A DNA stretch of 64,000 nucleotides from an uncultured Paludibacter sp. (GTDB taxonomy: Bacteria; Bacteroidota; Bacteroidia; Bacteroidales; Paludibacteraceae): NCBI GenBank assembly GCA_964390175.1, contig CAYMHE010000002.1:13930-77929 (forward strand). The letters run 5' to 3'. Both the position numbers and the translations under genes were made by a program. Of the stretch, positions 9,771-20,411 are shown one piece after another. A model generated the notes under the pieces. The model was not told where the DNA came from and made no database searches. It saw only the letters and a program-made list of their open reading frames with translations. Positions within the stretch are counted from its first letter, which is position 1, and each line of letters begins with the position of its first letter.

Positions 9771-9827
9771 CAAATCTATAAATATAGATTGAGAAAAATG
9801 TCGCGTTTTTAAAAATGCGACATTTTT
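9771..9827 (-). promoter_or_regulatory. Minus-strand -7 box (TAGATTTG) overlapped by an 18-bp palindrome and next to a 34-bp near-perfect palindrome
   Basis: CAAATCTA 9771-9778; AATCTATA-AA-TATAGATT 9773-9790; AAAAATGTCGCGTTTTTAAAAATGCGACATTTTT 9794-9827. Confidence 0.5.
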
Positions 9828-10549
9828 GTTGAAAAGGGACAAAAATAAAGCTAAGTGAAAGGATCTGTTTTCAATATGTATATATATTTATAATTTTGAT
9901 TATGTGCAACTTAAAAATGGAGTGTGTGCCACCATAAGGCACAATAAATTCAATGTTAATGTTTGTGAATAGGGAATGCTTACAGGTGTTGTTTTGTATT
10001 TTATTTTTACGAATACGCGTTTTGCTCGCTGTATAAATATCAATAAATATTAGCTTATGTGGATTATAAAAGCAATTGACTATCAAAGGCACACTGGGCG
10101 TACAAAAACAGAAAACAAAAAACTTAAACTATGTATTGTCTGCCTTTTCAAGGAAACAAAAACCATGTTTATATTTCTTAAATAAAATTGCGTGCCTTAT
10201 GTGCCTTTTGTTGTGCTTTTCCACAATTAAATAAAACAAAAGATAATCATAAAATTTAAGCAATTTAAACACAACAATAAATAGTAAAAAACAAATCGCT
10301 TACATAAAGCCATCAACTGCTTTCAAAATTTAAATTATAGATTCTATAACAAATATGCATGTATTAGCTCCTTTACAAGCACTATTTTCACACTAAGCAA
10401 GCCACATTAACGCATTAAAACATTATTTAAATGAAAAAATACAGCATAACACCACCCCAAACAGAAACTCAAACATGCAAATTCATAATAAGTTATAAAA
10501 TGACAGCAAAAAAATAGAATCATTTTACATTTATTTAAAAAATATTATT

Positions 10550-10577
10550 TACATTTGTCGCGCTGCAAACGTTTGCA
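10550..10577 (+). promoter_or_regulatory. Promoter -7 box TACATTTG followed by operator TGCAAACGTTTGCA
   Basis: TAnnTTTG at 10550-10557; perfect 14-bp palindrome at 10564-10577 near the expected transcription start. Confidence 0.7.
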
Positions 10578-11120
10578 ACTTTAGTCAAAATGCATAAATT
10601 CTAAAGAACGATTAGCAAACATAAAAGAATGAAAGGCGAACAAACACTTTACACATTGCAGATGTAAGTTGAGGATAGCTTCCCTAAAGAGCTATTCAAT
10701 TTTCAATAACTATCAGTTGAGACAATTCTTGAAATAAATCATCTCAAAGATTTCTGTCGACAATGGCAAATAAACTTATTATAAGAACTAAATATCGTTA
10801 CCAACACAAGGGCTCTTTATGAAAACAACATACAGCATGAAGCAACTAACAAAATGCAAAGACCTGATAAACAAACATCATGTCGACAGCAATTTGTCTA
10901 CAAGCTACATATTTCAATAACAAAATATTAACATCACCCAACTCCGTTCATTTCTTGCTTCGCCATCAACAGATACAAAACAAGTTTTAACCGGACAACA
11001 GACACAATAAAACAAAAAAACCAACTTATACAATTTGAATTTAAGATGTGGACGCCTCAAGTCTTAAATTTTTTAATGAAGGCGCAATCAATCATTCATT
11101 TTATTTACAATTCCAAAGTT

Positions 11121-14100
11121 ATGATTAAAACAATTCGGGAAAAATGGATGCGTTTGGGTATAATACTCATAATGATGTTATTCACCATCACAGGAGCTTA
11201 TGCACAAAGCAAAGTAATTAAAGGTAAAGTAATTGACCAAAGCAAACAGCCAATCATTGGTGCCGCTGTGAAAATTATCGGCACTTCAAGTGGTACAATT
11301 ACAGATGTAGATGGGAATTTCGTTATCAATGCGACTCCCAAAAACATCATTTCAATCTCTTATATGGGATACAAACCCATCGAAGAAACTATTGGCGAAA
11401 GAACTATTATCAATGTCACAATGCAGGAAGATGCAAAAATGCTTCAGGAAACAGTTGTAACTGCCGAATTTGGCGTAAAAAGAATCGGCCGTTCCATTGG
11501 TGGTGCCGTTCAAAACATCAAAGGTTCGGACATTGCAGAATCAGGACGCGAAAACTTTATCAACTCACTCCAGGGAAGGGTTGCCGGTGTTAACATCACT
11601 GCCTCTTCCGGCTCTCCGGGAGCATCTTCTACTGTTGTGTTCAGAGCACCTACTTCAATTTCAGGCAACAACAGCCCTCTTTATGTCATCGACGGGATAC
11701 CAATGAGCAACAGCACATTTGACATGAACAGCCAGTGGGCTAAAGCACCTTCAACTGCCACCGTGGGAATGCAAAATGACTTTACGAACCGCGGTTCAGA
11801 CATCGACCCAAACAACATTGAAAGTATAAATGTATTGAAAGGCGCAACTGCTGCTGCATTATACGGCTCAGATGCTTCCAATGGAGCAATTATAATTACC
11901 ACAAAAAAAGGAAAATCGGGAAAAGCCAAGATGTCATATAACAACATGGTGAAGTACGATGTAGTAAACAGATATCCTGAAATTCAGACAATTTACGATC
12001 AGGGAAATTATGGGAGCACCAATTATTATAACACAGGAAAATGGGGGGCACCATACGCTCAGGGAACAAAGTTATACAACAACTTATCCGAACTTTTCCA
12101 AACAGGAGTAAGCCAACAACACAATCTTGTTTTCGATGCCGGTAATGATATAATGACAATACGCGCCTCGGCAAGCATACTTGATCAAACAGGTATCGTT
12201 CCGGTTGCTGGCTACAAACGCAAAAACCTTTCGGTTTCAGGTACAATAAAAGCAGCAAAGTGGATTAATCTGAGCGCTTCGATGCAATACATTAACAGCA
12301 CAAACAATAAAGTTGCAAAAGGCACCGGTGGAGTTTTAGACTTAGCAATGAAATGGCCATTGACTGATAACATGTCAAATTTCCTGGCTGAAGATGGAAC
12401 ATCTATTAAATATCCTGACAGATACGGAGATATTGATATTCTGAATCCATACTTTGACATCTACAGAAATAAACGGCAAGATGCTACTGATCGTTTCATT
12501 TCAACAATGAATGTAGCCCTTACACCGCTAGAAGGACTTGAAATAAGGGCTTTGGCAGGTTGGGATTTATCGTCAAGTACATATATAACATCTATAAATC
12601 CTCAATTTACAACTTCTAAAATAAAAAGCGGAAGCTACGATCAGTCCAATGTAGTGGAATCAAACCCAACATTGAACCTTATTGCTACGTATTCGAAAAA
12701 AATAGCCAAGTTCGATGTTTCATTACAGGGTGGATACAACCAATCAGAAACAGGGTCGAAAACTTTAGCCGTACACGGAGAAAATTTCTATGTTCAGGAT
12801 TTTCAATCAATTAATAACTGCGATCCATTGACAATTGTAAATTTACAAGCAACAAGAATACGCAGAGTTCAGGCTTTGTTTGGCTCATTTATGGCATCTT
12901 ACGACAATCTTTTGTTTTTAACCCTGAGAGGAAGAAACGATTGGTCGTCGACATTGCCAATTGAAAACAGATCGTATTTTTATCCTGCTGCCGACTTTAG
13001 CTTCATTCTATCAGATCTTCCATTCATGAAGAAACACGCTGACACATGGAGTTACGTAAAACTCAGAGGATCGGTAGCTCAGGTAGGTAAAGATGCACCT
13101 CCATTGTCTATTCAGCCTGCACTTCTATTGCAAACAACCACTGCAGCAGGATATGCTTATGGATTTACCGGACCGAACAAAAACTTAAAACCTGAAATTG
13201 ATCAGGCATGGGAGGTTGGTATCGAAGGACGATTGTTCGACAACAGATTGAATTTTGACCTGGCCTACTATAGCACCGAATCAAAAGATCAAATTATCAC
13301 AGGATTCCGCATGTCCTATGCAACAGGATTTATACTCAACAACAGAAACATGGGATCTTTCAAAACCAACGGAGCTGAATTCCTGGTTTCATATGACATT
13401 GTAAGAAGCAACGATTTACTCGTCAACATTGGCATAAACGGAAGTAAAAACTGGAGCGAAGTTCTGTCATTACCTCCGGGTGTTACAGAATATTATAATT
13501 CGGCAACCTGGGTTTCAGGAAACCTCAGAAACGGAATTATGGTGGGAAGTCCAATCACAACAATTACCGGACTCGACTATCAGCGCAATGACAATGGACA
13601 AATACTTGTTGACCCAACAAGCGGTTTGCCTTTGGTAAATAGCAAATGGTCGGTACTCGGCGACAGAGAACCTGAATTTTCGTACGGCTTCACAGGTAAG
13701 GCAATCTACAAGAACATTACATTCTCCTTCTTAATGAACGGAAAAGTAGGCACTCAGGTAGTAAACGGAACAAAAAGAGTAATGTTTGCCAATGGCTCGA
13801 GCATGGAATCTGTTGCTCAAAGAAGTTTAGGTGCAATTGTATTCAATGGCGTATTAAAAGATGGTCTTGAAAACAGCTCCAAACCAACACCGAACAATAT
13901 AGCTACAAAATTGAGCGACTTAGCAACCGGTTATGCCGGAGCCGATCCTGATTGGATTGAAAAAGACATAAATTATCTGAATCTATCAGAAGTAAGACTT
14001 TCGTATAACTTCGAAAAAGAATTATTACGAAAACTTACCGGCAATCTGATTTCATCTCTAACTGTTTATGCTGCAGGCACCGACCTATTCTTACTTACAA

Positions 14101-14231
14101 ACTACTCAGGCCTCGATCCTATTGGGAATGCAACATCTTCGGCCGTAGGAGGAACTGGTGGTGTAGGTTTCGACATGTTAAGCATAGGATCGCCAAGAGG
14201 ATTCTCATGTGGATTAAACGTTACTTTTTAA
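11121..14231 (+). CDS. susC: SusC/RagA family TonB-dependent outer membrane transporter
   Basis: Signal peptide, N-terminal CarboxypepD-like domain, PLYVIDG, DIDPNNIESINVLKGATAAALYGSDASNGAIIITTKKG, C-terminal F; start 11121 or 11148. Confidence 0.95.
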   Translation: MIKTIREKWMRLGIILIMMLFTITGAYAQSKVIKGKVIDQSKQPIIGAAVKIIGTSSGTITDVDGNFVINATPKNIISISYMGYKPIEETIGERTIINVTMQEDAKMLQETVVTAEFGVKRIGRSIGGAVQNIKGSDIAESGRENFINSLQGRVAGVNITASSGSPGASSTVVFRAPTSISGNNSPLYVIDGIPMSNSTFDMNSQWAKAPSTATVGMQNDFTNRGSDIDPNNIESINVLKGATAAALYGSDASNGAIIITTKKGKSGKAKMSYNNMVKYDVVNRYPEIQTIYDQGNYGSTNYYNTGKWGAPYAQGTKLYNNLSELFQTGVSQQHNLVFDAGNDIMTIRASASILDQTGIVPVAGYKRKNLSVSGTIKAAKWINLSASMQYINSTNNKVAKGTGGVLDLAMKWPLTDNMSNFLAEDGTSIKYPDRYGDIDILNPYFDIYRNKRQDATDRFISTMNVALTPLEGLEIRALAGWDLSSSTYITSINPQFTTSKIKSGSYDQSNVVESNPTLNLIATYSKKIAKFDVSLQGGYNQSETGSKTLAVHGENFYVQDFQSINNCDPLTIVNLQATRIRRVQALFGSFMASYDNLLFLTLRGRNDWSSTLPIENRSYFYPAADFSFILSDLPFMKKHADTWSYVKLRGSVAQVGKDAPPLSIQPALLLQTTTAAGYAYGFTGPNKNLKPEIDQAWEVGIEGRLFDNRLNFDLAYYSTESKDQIITGFRMSYATGFILNNRNMGSFKTNGAEFLVSYDIVRSNDLLVNIGINGSKNWSEVLSLPPGVTEYYNSATWVSGNLRNGIMVGSPITTITGLDYQRNDNGQILVDPTSGLPLVNSKWSVLGDREPEFSYGFTGKAIYKNITFSFLMNGKVGTQVVNGTKRVMFANGSSMESVAQRSLGAIVFNGVLKDGLENSSKPTPNNIATKLSDLATGYAGADPDWIEKDINYLNLSEVRLSYNFEKELLRKLTGNLISSLTVYAAGTDLFLLTNYSGLDPIGNATSSAVGGTGGVGFDMLSIGSPRGFSCGLNVTF

Positions 14232-14242
14232 TTTTTGAAAAT

Positions 14243-16051
14243 ATGAAAAAGAAAATAATATCATTTATAGCAATAATATCAATCATATTTTTTGCTGCTT
14301 CATGCGACGAATACTTAGATGTCAACAACAATGTTGACACGCCTGATTGGGTGCAACCGAACTTAAGATTAGCTCCTATTCTGTCCGGATTTGTTTCTAA
14401 TTACTACGATGTAAGAATCGTTGCACCAATGTGCCAATACTTTAACGGAACATCTGTTCCTGCCGCCACCTATGGCGCAAAAATGTATTATGCACCCGCT
14501 AGCGATTATGCAGAAACATGGAAAATGGTTTACTGGGAATGGGGACAAAACCTCGAAGACATGATCAACGATGGAAAATCCCTGAATCAACCTCTTTATG
14601 CCGGCATCGGTTTAGCAATAAAAGCCTATGGATGGCATCAATTATCTTCAATACATGGCGAGGCACCTTGTAAACAGTTTTTAGACCCGGGACGAACAGT
14701 ATTCGAGTATGATTCTCAGGAATATATATTCAACCAGACAAGAAACTGGGCAAAAGAAGCCATAGAGATATTAAGCAAACCAGATGCAACTGTATATCCG
14801 GCTTCATTGGCGACAAATGACCTTATGTACAAAGGCGACAGAAGCAAATGGTTGAAATTCGCCTACGGTGTATTGGCTAAAAATTATATGACTATTTCAG
14901 CGAAAAATCCGGCATATCTCGACTCGGCAATAATAGCAGTCAACAACTCAATGACAAGCGCTTCAGACGATGCAACAGTTATGGTTGCAGGTGGAACTGT
15001 ATCGGCTCAGGTCAACTTCTTTGGAGTTATGAGAGCTAATTTATCTACCCTTCTGAATCAATCAGACTACATGGTAGACCTGATGACCGGGAAGGTAAAA
15101 TATTATGACCCCAACACCGGTAACACTGTAACAAACAATGGTGTAGTACAATTGATGGATAAACAATATATCACAGATACATTGACTTTGGATCCAAGAG
15201 CAATCTGTTTCTTTGGAACAAAGGATACAATGCCAAATGATTTATCAACCATCAACACAAAAACATATAAATTCACAGGCACATTACCAGGTCAGGCAAG
15301 CCAGGGAACATTGTTCGGAACAACATCTGCACCCAGCGTAGCCACTTCAGGTACAGGCCGTTGGATTTTCAGAGACAATGCACCATATATCGTTATGACT
15401 TACTCGGAACTATTGTTTATTAAAGCTGAGGCGCAATATCGGAAAAATCTGACAGCGGATGCGTTGGCAACCTTTAAGGATGCTGTAGCTGCAAGTATGA
15501 AGACTACTTCTACTTACATTGTTCAGGGCACCCCGGTAAAAACAAATGGTAAACAAACATCAGTAATAGGCGACAAAATAAGCGCATCCGTATTCAACTC
15601 CCTATCCGATAGCTACCTGAACAGCAAATATGTAAATAATCTTTCTCTTAACGACTTTGAATTATCACATATTATGATGCAAAAGTATGTAGCCTTGTTC
15701 CCCTGGGGATTAGACACCTGGAATGATTTACGTCGTTATCATTATGATTTAAAAACAGGATCAAAAGGCATTCCAGAAGATGGAACTTCATGGTCAGTCA
15801 ACAGATCGTTTCATAAAGCTGATACTGATGCAGGCAGAATTTATAAAGGATTCTATCTTCCATCAGCCGATGTTACCAATAGAAGATCTTCCTTTGAAAG
15901 CACTAATTTAGGCTCGCCATCTTACCGTATAAGACCCCGGTATAATTCGGAATACATATGGAACTTAACAGCCCTGGAGTCACTTAAGCCTATTTCGGGC
16001 ATAGACGCAAATTACAACACATCAATGATGTGGTTCTGTTTACCTCAATAA
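14243..16051 (+). CDS. susD: SusD/RagB family nutrient-binding lipoprotein
   Basis: Lipobox FAASC; YLDVNNN; YSELLFIKAEA and IMMQKYVAL..WNDLRR motifs; follows susC. Confidence 0.92.
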   Translation: MKKKIISFIAIISIIFFAASCDEYLDVNNNVDTPDWVQPNLRLAPILSGFVSNYYDVRIVAPMCQYFNGTSVPAATYGAKMYYAPASDYAETWKMVYWEWGQNLEDMINDGKSLNQPLYAGIGLAIKAYGWHQLSSIHGEAPCKQFLDPGRTVFEYDSQEYIFNQTRNWAKEAIEILSKPDATVYPASLATNDLMYKGDRSKWLKFAYGVLAKNYMTISAKNPAYLDSAIIAVNNSMTSASDDATVMVAGGTVSAQVNFFGVMRANLSTLLNQSDYMVDLMTGKVKYYDPNTGNTVTNNGVVQLMDKQYITDTLTLDPRAICFFGTKDTMPNDLSTINTKTYKFTGTLPGQASQGTLFGTTSAPSVATSGTGRWIFRDNAPYIVMTYSELLFIKAEAQYRKNLTADALATFKDAVAASMKTTSTYIVQGTPVKTNGKQTSVIGDKISASVFNSLSDSYLNSKYVNNLSLNDFELSHIMMQKYVALFPWGLDTWNDLRRYHYDLKTGSKGIPEDGTSWSVNRSFHKADTDAGRIYKGFYLPSADVTNRRSSFESTNLGSPSYRIRPRYNSEYIWNLTALESLKPISGIDANYNTSMMWFCLPQ

Positions 16052-16073
16052 TAACTAATAATTATTTCACTTT

Positions 16074-16928
16074 ATGAAAAAGATATATTTTATAGTTTTA
16101 GCTATATTTGGCATGTTGATTACTTCCTGCCAAACCAATGAGATAACATTCCCATTTGAAGAGCTGAATACTGATCAGTTTTCGGAGATCAGACTTATAA
16201 ACGCTATACCTGTTACCGGAAGCAGCGACTCTTTGGTTATCAACGGAAACAGATATTCATCAGTAGCCACCTCATTAGGAAGTTACTACCCGGCATCTGC
16301 TGCCAAATATTTTGCTCTGCCGGTTGGCGACAACAGTGTATCGCTGCGCTTCTTAGCGAAAACTACCGCTCCTACTGTTGATGCATTTACTTATTCTGCT
16401 AGCATTAAAACAACAAAAGGCAAATGGTCAGCTTATATTTATGATAAAACCAAAAGCCCTGTTTTACTGCAAGATGCAGAATCAGTACCAACTACAGATG
16501 CATGGAAAGATACGGTATGTTTCATTCGGTTTGTAAACTTTTTCCACAAATCGGATGGGGTAACTCCATTCGGGAAAATAACATTGAAAGCAAAAAAGAA
16601 CCTTACCGGCGCAGCATGGGAAACCATAGCCACGGATATTGATTTTGGAACTCAATCTTCAGAGTATTTTATCTACAAACTGAAGAATGTAACAAATCTA
16701 AACCCATGGTCGGGTGCGGAGGCAAGTGTCACTATTGGTTTTTTTGATAGTGCTGGAAATCAATATCAACAGTTTTCGTCGGCAACTGCTTCTACAAAAT
16801 CGGCCTACTCAAGTACAGGATGGAGCTTTGCAAAAGGTAGGGCTTATGTCATCTATATTAATGGCAAAGAAGGATCTACAAACAATAAAGATCAATTTAT
16901 TCGGCTGGGGTCATTTCAAACTAAATAA
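16074..16928 (+). CDS. PUL-associated surface lipoprotein (DUF4397-like beta-sandwich repeats)
   Basis: Lipobox LITSC; two repeats of IRL/FVN-type strands; third gene of the susCD operon. Confidence 0.65.
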   Translation: MKKIYFIVLAIFGMLITSCQTNEITFPFEELNTDQFSEIRLINAIPVTGSSDSLVINGNRYSSVATSLGSYYPASAAKYFALPVGDNSVSLRFLAKTTAPTVDAFTYSASIKTTKGKWSAYIYDKTKSPVLLQDAESVPTTDAWKDTVCFIRFVNFFHKSDGVTPFGKITLKAKKNLTGAAWETIATDIDFGTQSSEYFIYKLKNVTNLNPWSGAEASVTIGFFDSAGNQYQQFSSATASTKSAYSSTGWSFAKGRAYVIYINGKEGSTNNKDQFIRLGSFQTK

Positions 16929-16950
16929 ACTCGGCTGAACAAGCAACTTT

Positions 16951-17038
16951 ACAACCACTTAAAATTCAATTTTTTATTGAACAATCATTGATAAATTTCA
17001 ATGAAATAAAATGGAAAATTGAATTTTTAAGTGGTTGT
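16951..17038. terminator. Long imperfect hairpin between convergent genes (probable bidirectional terminator)
   Basis: ACAACCACTTAAAATTCAATTTT ... AAAATTGAATTTTTAAGTGGTTGT arms. Confidence 0.6.
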
Positions 17039-17194
17039 TTTTTCAATAAAAATCATTCTTAATACTGCAACGATCAACTCTTAAACATTTACAAAATGCA
17101 AGCAGACAGTTGAAAACAAGCTACTGAACCACCCATAAAAAATGCCGACAAAAGCCGGCATTTGTTGGAATAAAGCAATGACTAAACAACACAA

Positions 17195-17698
17195 TTACTT
17201 TTTTTCCAATTCAAGTTCGAGATATGGATACACAGGATTGTGGAAACCTACCGAACGGTATAGTTTTTCGCCGGCAACGGTAGTATGCAAAGCAAGCTTG
17301 GCAACTCCCTGCTGTTGAGCCTCATCAATCAACCGAAGCAGAAGCATTTTAGAAATCCCCCGACGTCTTGCTTCTGGTACAGTATACATATTCAATACAT
17401 CGCCTTCAACATAAGCAGCGCTGTTGAAATCGCCGGGAACAGAACGTAGCACAACGGCTCCATAAGCAACAGCCTTACCACCAAACACTGCAACCAATGC
17501 AATTACACTTCCATTTTGAATGCCTGAAGTGAAATATCGGGTGAGTTCACTCGTCAACGCTTTCACTACAGCTGCTGGTCTTTCACCCTGTAATTCTGCA
17601 AGATATTGAATCCGGCAGGCTATCATCGCTTCTACATCGCTTGTCCCTACGCGGGTTATTATAATTTTATCCAGATCAATATTCATAGTCAGCAGCAA
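17195..17698 (-). CDS. GNAT family N-acetyltransferase
   Basis: NMYTVPEARRRGIS motif A; LYRSVGF. Confidence 0.88.
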   Translation of the reverse strand: MLLTMNIDLDKIIITRVGTSDVEAMIACRIQYLAELQGERPAAVVKALTSELTRYFTSGIQNGSVIALVAVFGGKAVAYGAVVLRSVPGDFNSAAYVEGDVLNMYTVPEARRRGISKMLLLRLIDEAQQQGVAKLALHTTVAGEKLYRSVGFHNPVYPYLELELEKK

Positions 17699-17702
17699 TG
17701 TA

Positions 17703-18569
17703 TTAATACGGGCGTGCTACAACAATTCCGGTAGCAGATTTAGCAGCCTTGAGATAATCTTCCAATGTTTCATCCGAAACCAGTACTTTCATGTATTTCT
17801 GACTGGCATGAAGCATATGAATTCTTCCATTTTTTCGGAAAGCCAACACCACATGCTGAATATCAAGCCCCTGGATATTGGTAGTAATACCCAATATATC
17901 ACCATCTTTCAACTGATCTTCTATGGCAGCAATTTTACTCTCCGGAACGAAGCATTGTTTTCTTTTCGAAATCTCAACTTCCTGTGTTGCTATTACTTCA
18001 ATATACTTTCGGTTATTTCTTAGCTGAGTGTATTTTTCGGAATGCGTGCTCATAAAATCAACATTGAAATTAGTATTAGCCGTATTTAATTCGCAACTTA
18101 TACTTTTCACTATCTCTTTTTGCTCATTGTTATAAATCCAGTCGCTGAAATAATGCAAACGGGAGCTGTAATCAGTTAATTTTTTATTTCTATACCTTAT
18201 ACTCCTTAATTCATTCACGAAAGTAGCGAAATTCGGAGTTGCTGACTGAGCTGTACGAGCCAGGGCTAAACAATTTTCGGCAAAAGTAGTACAATCAAGC
18301 GCTCGCAGGTTAATAATCAGCTTTTCTGCTGCTCCACCATCTAAAGTATTTGCAACGTAGGGCGTTCCCACCAGCATTTTTCCGCCTGCAATGATCAGAT
18401 CACCTGTCGATAAAGTGGTTTTATTCTTGAGAGTTCCGAGAATATTTTCGACAATCAGGCTATCCTTTTTGTCAAAAGAAACAACACTTCTGCCATTCTG
18501 AGCTTCGGTTTTAAGATAAAAGCTCAACAGAAATGCAGTTAGAGAAATTAACAGAAATGATTGTTTCAT
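17703..18569 (-). CDS. N-acetylmuramoyl-L-alanine amidase-like protein (DUF1460/AmiA-type, NlpC/P60 fold), exported
   Basis: Signal peptide; GTPYVANTLD, LDCTTF, RLHYFSDW, GLDIQHV and HAS motifs. Confidence 0.85.
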   Translation of the reverse strand: MKQSFLLISLTAFLLSFYLKTEAQNGRSVVSFDKKDSLIVENILGTLKNKTTLSTGDLIIAGGKMLVGTPYVANTLDGGAAEKLIINLRALDCTTFAENCLALARTAQSATPNFATFVNELRSIRYRNKKLTDYSSRLHYFSDWIYNNEQKEIVKSISCELNTANTNFNVDFMSTHSEKYTQLRNNRKYIEVIATQEVEISKRKQCFVPESKIAAIEDQLKDGDILGITTNIQGLDIQHVVLAFRKNGRIHMLHASQKYMKVLVSDETLEDYLKAAKSATGIVVARPY

Positions 18570-18588
18570 TGTGCAAAAAATTTAATCC

Positions 18589-19413
18589 TTATTTATTATG
18601 CTGTAATTTAAAAGCATCCACCGCTTTTTTTACCGAGCCCTGAATAAGCAGGATATTTTTAGCATGTTCGTAATCAATCCCAAGCTCTTCCACTATCATT
18701 CGGGCGCCACGGTCCACAAGCTTTGCATTCGACAACTGCATATTCACCATTTTATTCCCTTTTACGCGTCCGAGTTTAATCATCGTAATGGTGGTTATCA
18801 TATTCAATATCAACTTCTGAGCAGTCCCGGATTTAAGGCGGGTACTTCCAGTTACAAACTCCGGTCCCACAATGGCTTCGATTTTAATCTCAGCTTCCTG
18901 AGCAATAGGTGAATCCGGATTACAAGAAACTGAAGCAGTAAGGATACCATTGGCACGTGCATTGCGTAAAGCGCCAATCACATACGGTGTTGTACCCGAA
19001 GCTGCTATCCCTATTACAGTATCGTTCTGATTTATATTTCTTTCCTGCAATTCCTGCCATCCTTTTTCAATATCATCTTCGGCATTTTCCACCGGATTAC
19101 GCAAAGCTGTTTCACCTCCGGCAATTAAACCTACTACCAAACTCGAAGGCATTCCAAAGGTTGGTGGAATTTCGGACGCATCTAGCACACCTAAACGGCC
19201 ACTGGTACCAGCTCCCAAATAAAAAATCCTACCTCCACGCTTCATTCTCTCTACTATTTTCTCGACAAGTTCTTCTATTTGTGGTAAGGCTCTTGAAACA
19301 GCCAAAGGAACTTTCATGTCCTCTTCGTTCATTTCGATCAACAAATCATGCACCGATTTTTTATCTAAATTTTCGTGTAGTGAATTTTGCTCTGTAATTT
19401 TTTGAAATGCCAT
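18589..19413 (-). CDS. murQ: N-acetylmuramic acid 6-phosphate etherase
   Basis: GAGTSGRLGVLDASEIPPTF, GIAASGTTPYV, VGPEFVTGSTRLKSGTAQK. Confidence 0.96.
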   Translation of the reverse strand: MAFQKITEQNSLHENLDKKSVHDLLIEMNEEDMKVPLAVSRALPQIEELVEKIVERMKRGGRIFYLGAGTSGRLGVLDASEIPPTFGMPSSLVVGLIAGGETALRNPVENAEDDIEKGWQELQERNINQNDTVIGIAASGTTPYVIGALRNARANGILTASVSCNPDSPIAQEAEIKIEAIVGPEFVTGSTRLKSGTAQKLILNMITTITMIKLGRVKGNKMVNMQLSNAKLVDRGARMIVEELGIDYEHAKNILLIQGSVKKAVDAFKLQHNK

Positions 19414-19470
19414 ATGTTCTGATTTTGATTATTTTATTTATTGATGTCAACTTTCCGAAAAATAGAAATA

Positions 19471-20313
19471 CTATTGCTGACGTGCATGATATTTTATCAA
19501 GCCCTGCATTGGACTTTTCATAATACTACCAACAGTAACGCCGCAATCGGCCGCCGCTTCAAGCAATATCTCTTCAAAATGAAATGCTACCGAACCTACA
19601 AAAGAAGTTTTCATTGACTGAAAATTGTATTGCATTACGTTTCTTTTGAAAAAAGTCACGAATCCGTTGTATACAATATCCCGAATCGCAGGTTCGGAAA
19701 TATTTTCGCTGAGGAAAGGAGTAAAGGCTGCAAGATACCGATTCGGAAATGGTTTTTTATATACATTTTCGAGTACTACAGCCGGGGTGAGTTCGTATTT
19801 ATCCATAAAAACTTTTCTCAATTCGGCAGGAATCTGATTTTTCAAACAATCGGCCATAAAAGTTTTTGACAGTACCGCACCACTTCCTTCATCTCCCAGA
19901 ATAAAACCCAAAGGAGAAACATTGTCCACTATTTCGGAACCATCGTAGTAGCACGAATTCGATCCGGTACCCAAAATACAGGCTATCCCATTTTCGGTTC
20001 CACACAGAGCACGCGCAGCCGCCAGTAAATCGCTCTGCACTTCGATGGGAATGTGTTTAAAGTAAAAACCGAGGGCATTGCAAACGATTGCTTTTTTGTC
20101 GGGAAAAGAACAACCGGCGCCATAAAAGCAGATCGAACTGATGGGCAAGTCGCCTAATTCGGGCAACAAAAAGCATTCTATCTCAGACTTAATTTCACTC
20201 TCGGTCTGATAAAACGGATTGATCCCTTTAGTGAAAATTTGCTTTACCACCCCGGAATTTTCAACTACAAGCCACTCTGTTTTGGTGGATCCACTGTCTA
20301 CAATTAACTGCAT
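19471..20313 (-). CDS. BadF/BadG-type N-acetylglucosamine/N-acetylmuramate kinase (MurK-like)
   Basis: DSGSTKTEW, FYGAGC, ILGTGSN and LGDEGSG motifs; directly upstream of murQ; true start MQLIVD at 20313. Confidence 0.85.
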   Translation of the reverse strand: MQLIVDSGSTKTEWLVVENSGVVKQIFTKGINPFYQTESEIKSEIECFLLPELGDLPISSICFYGAGCSFPDKKAIVCNALGFYFKHIPIEVQSDLLAAARALCGTENGIACILGTGSNSCYYDGSEIVDNVSPLGFILGDEGSGAVLSKTFMADCLKNQIPAELRKVFMDKYELTPAVVLENVYKKPFPNRYLAAFTPFLSENISEPAIRDIVYNGFVTFFKRNVMQYNFQSMKTSFVGSVAFHFEEILLEAAADCGVTVGSIMKSPMQGLIKYHARQQ

Positions 20314-20411
20314 AAACACTCTATTCTTATTAATATGTCTTTTTTCAAAGTGCAAAATAACGCAAAAGGTTTCACCTAACCAAGGGAAAACAGAAAAATT
20401 TGAGTTTTCGG

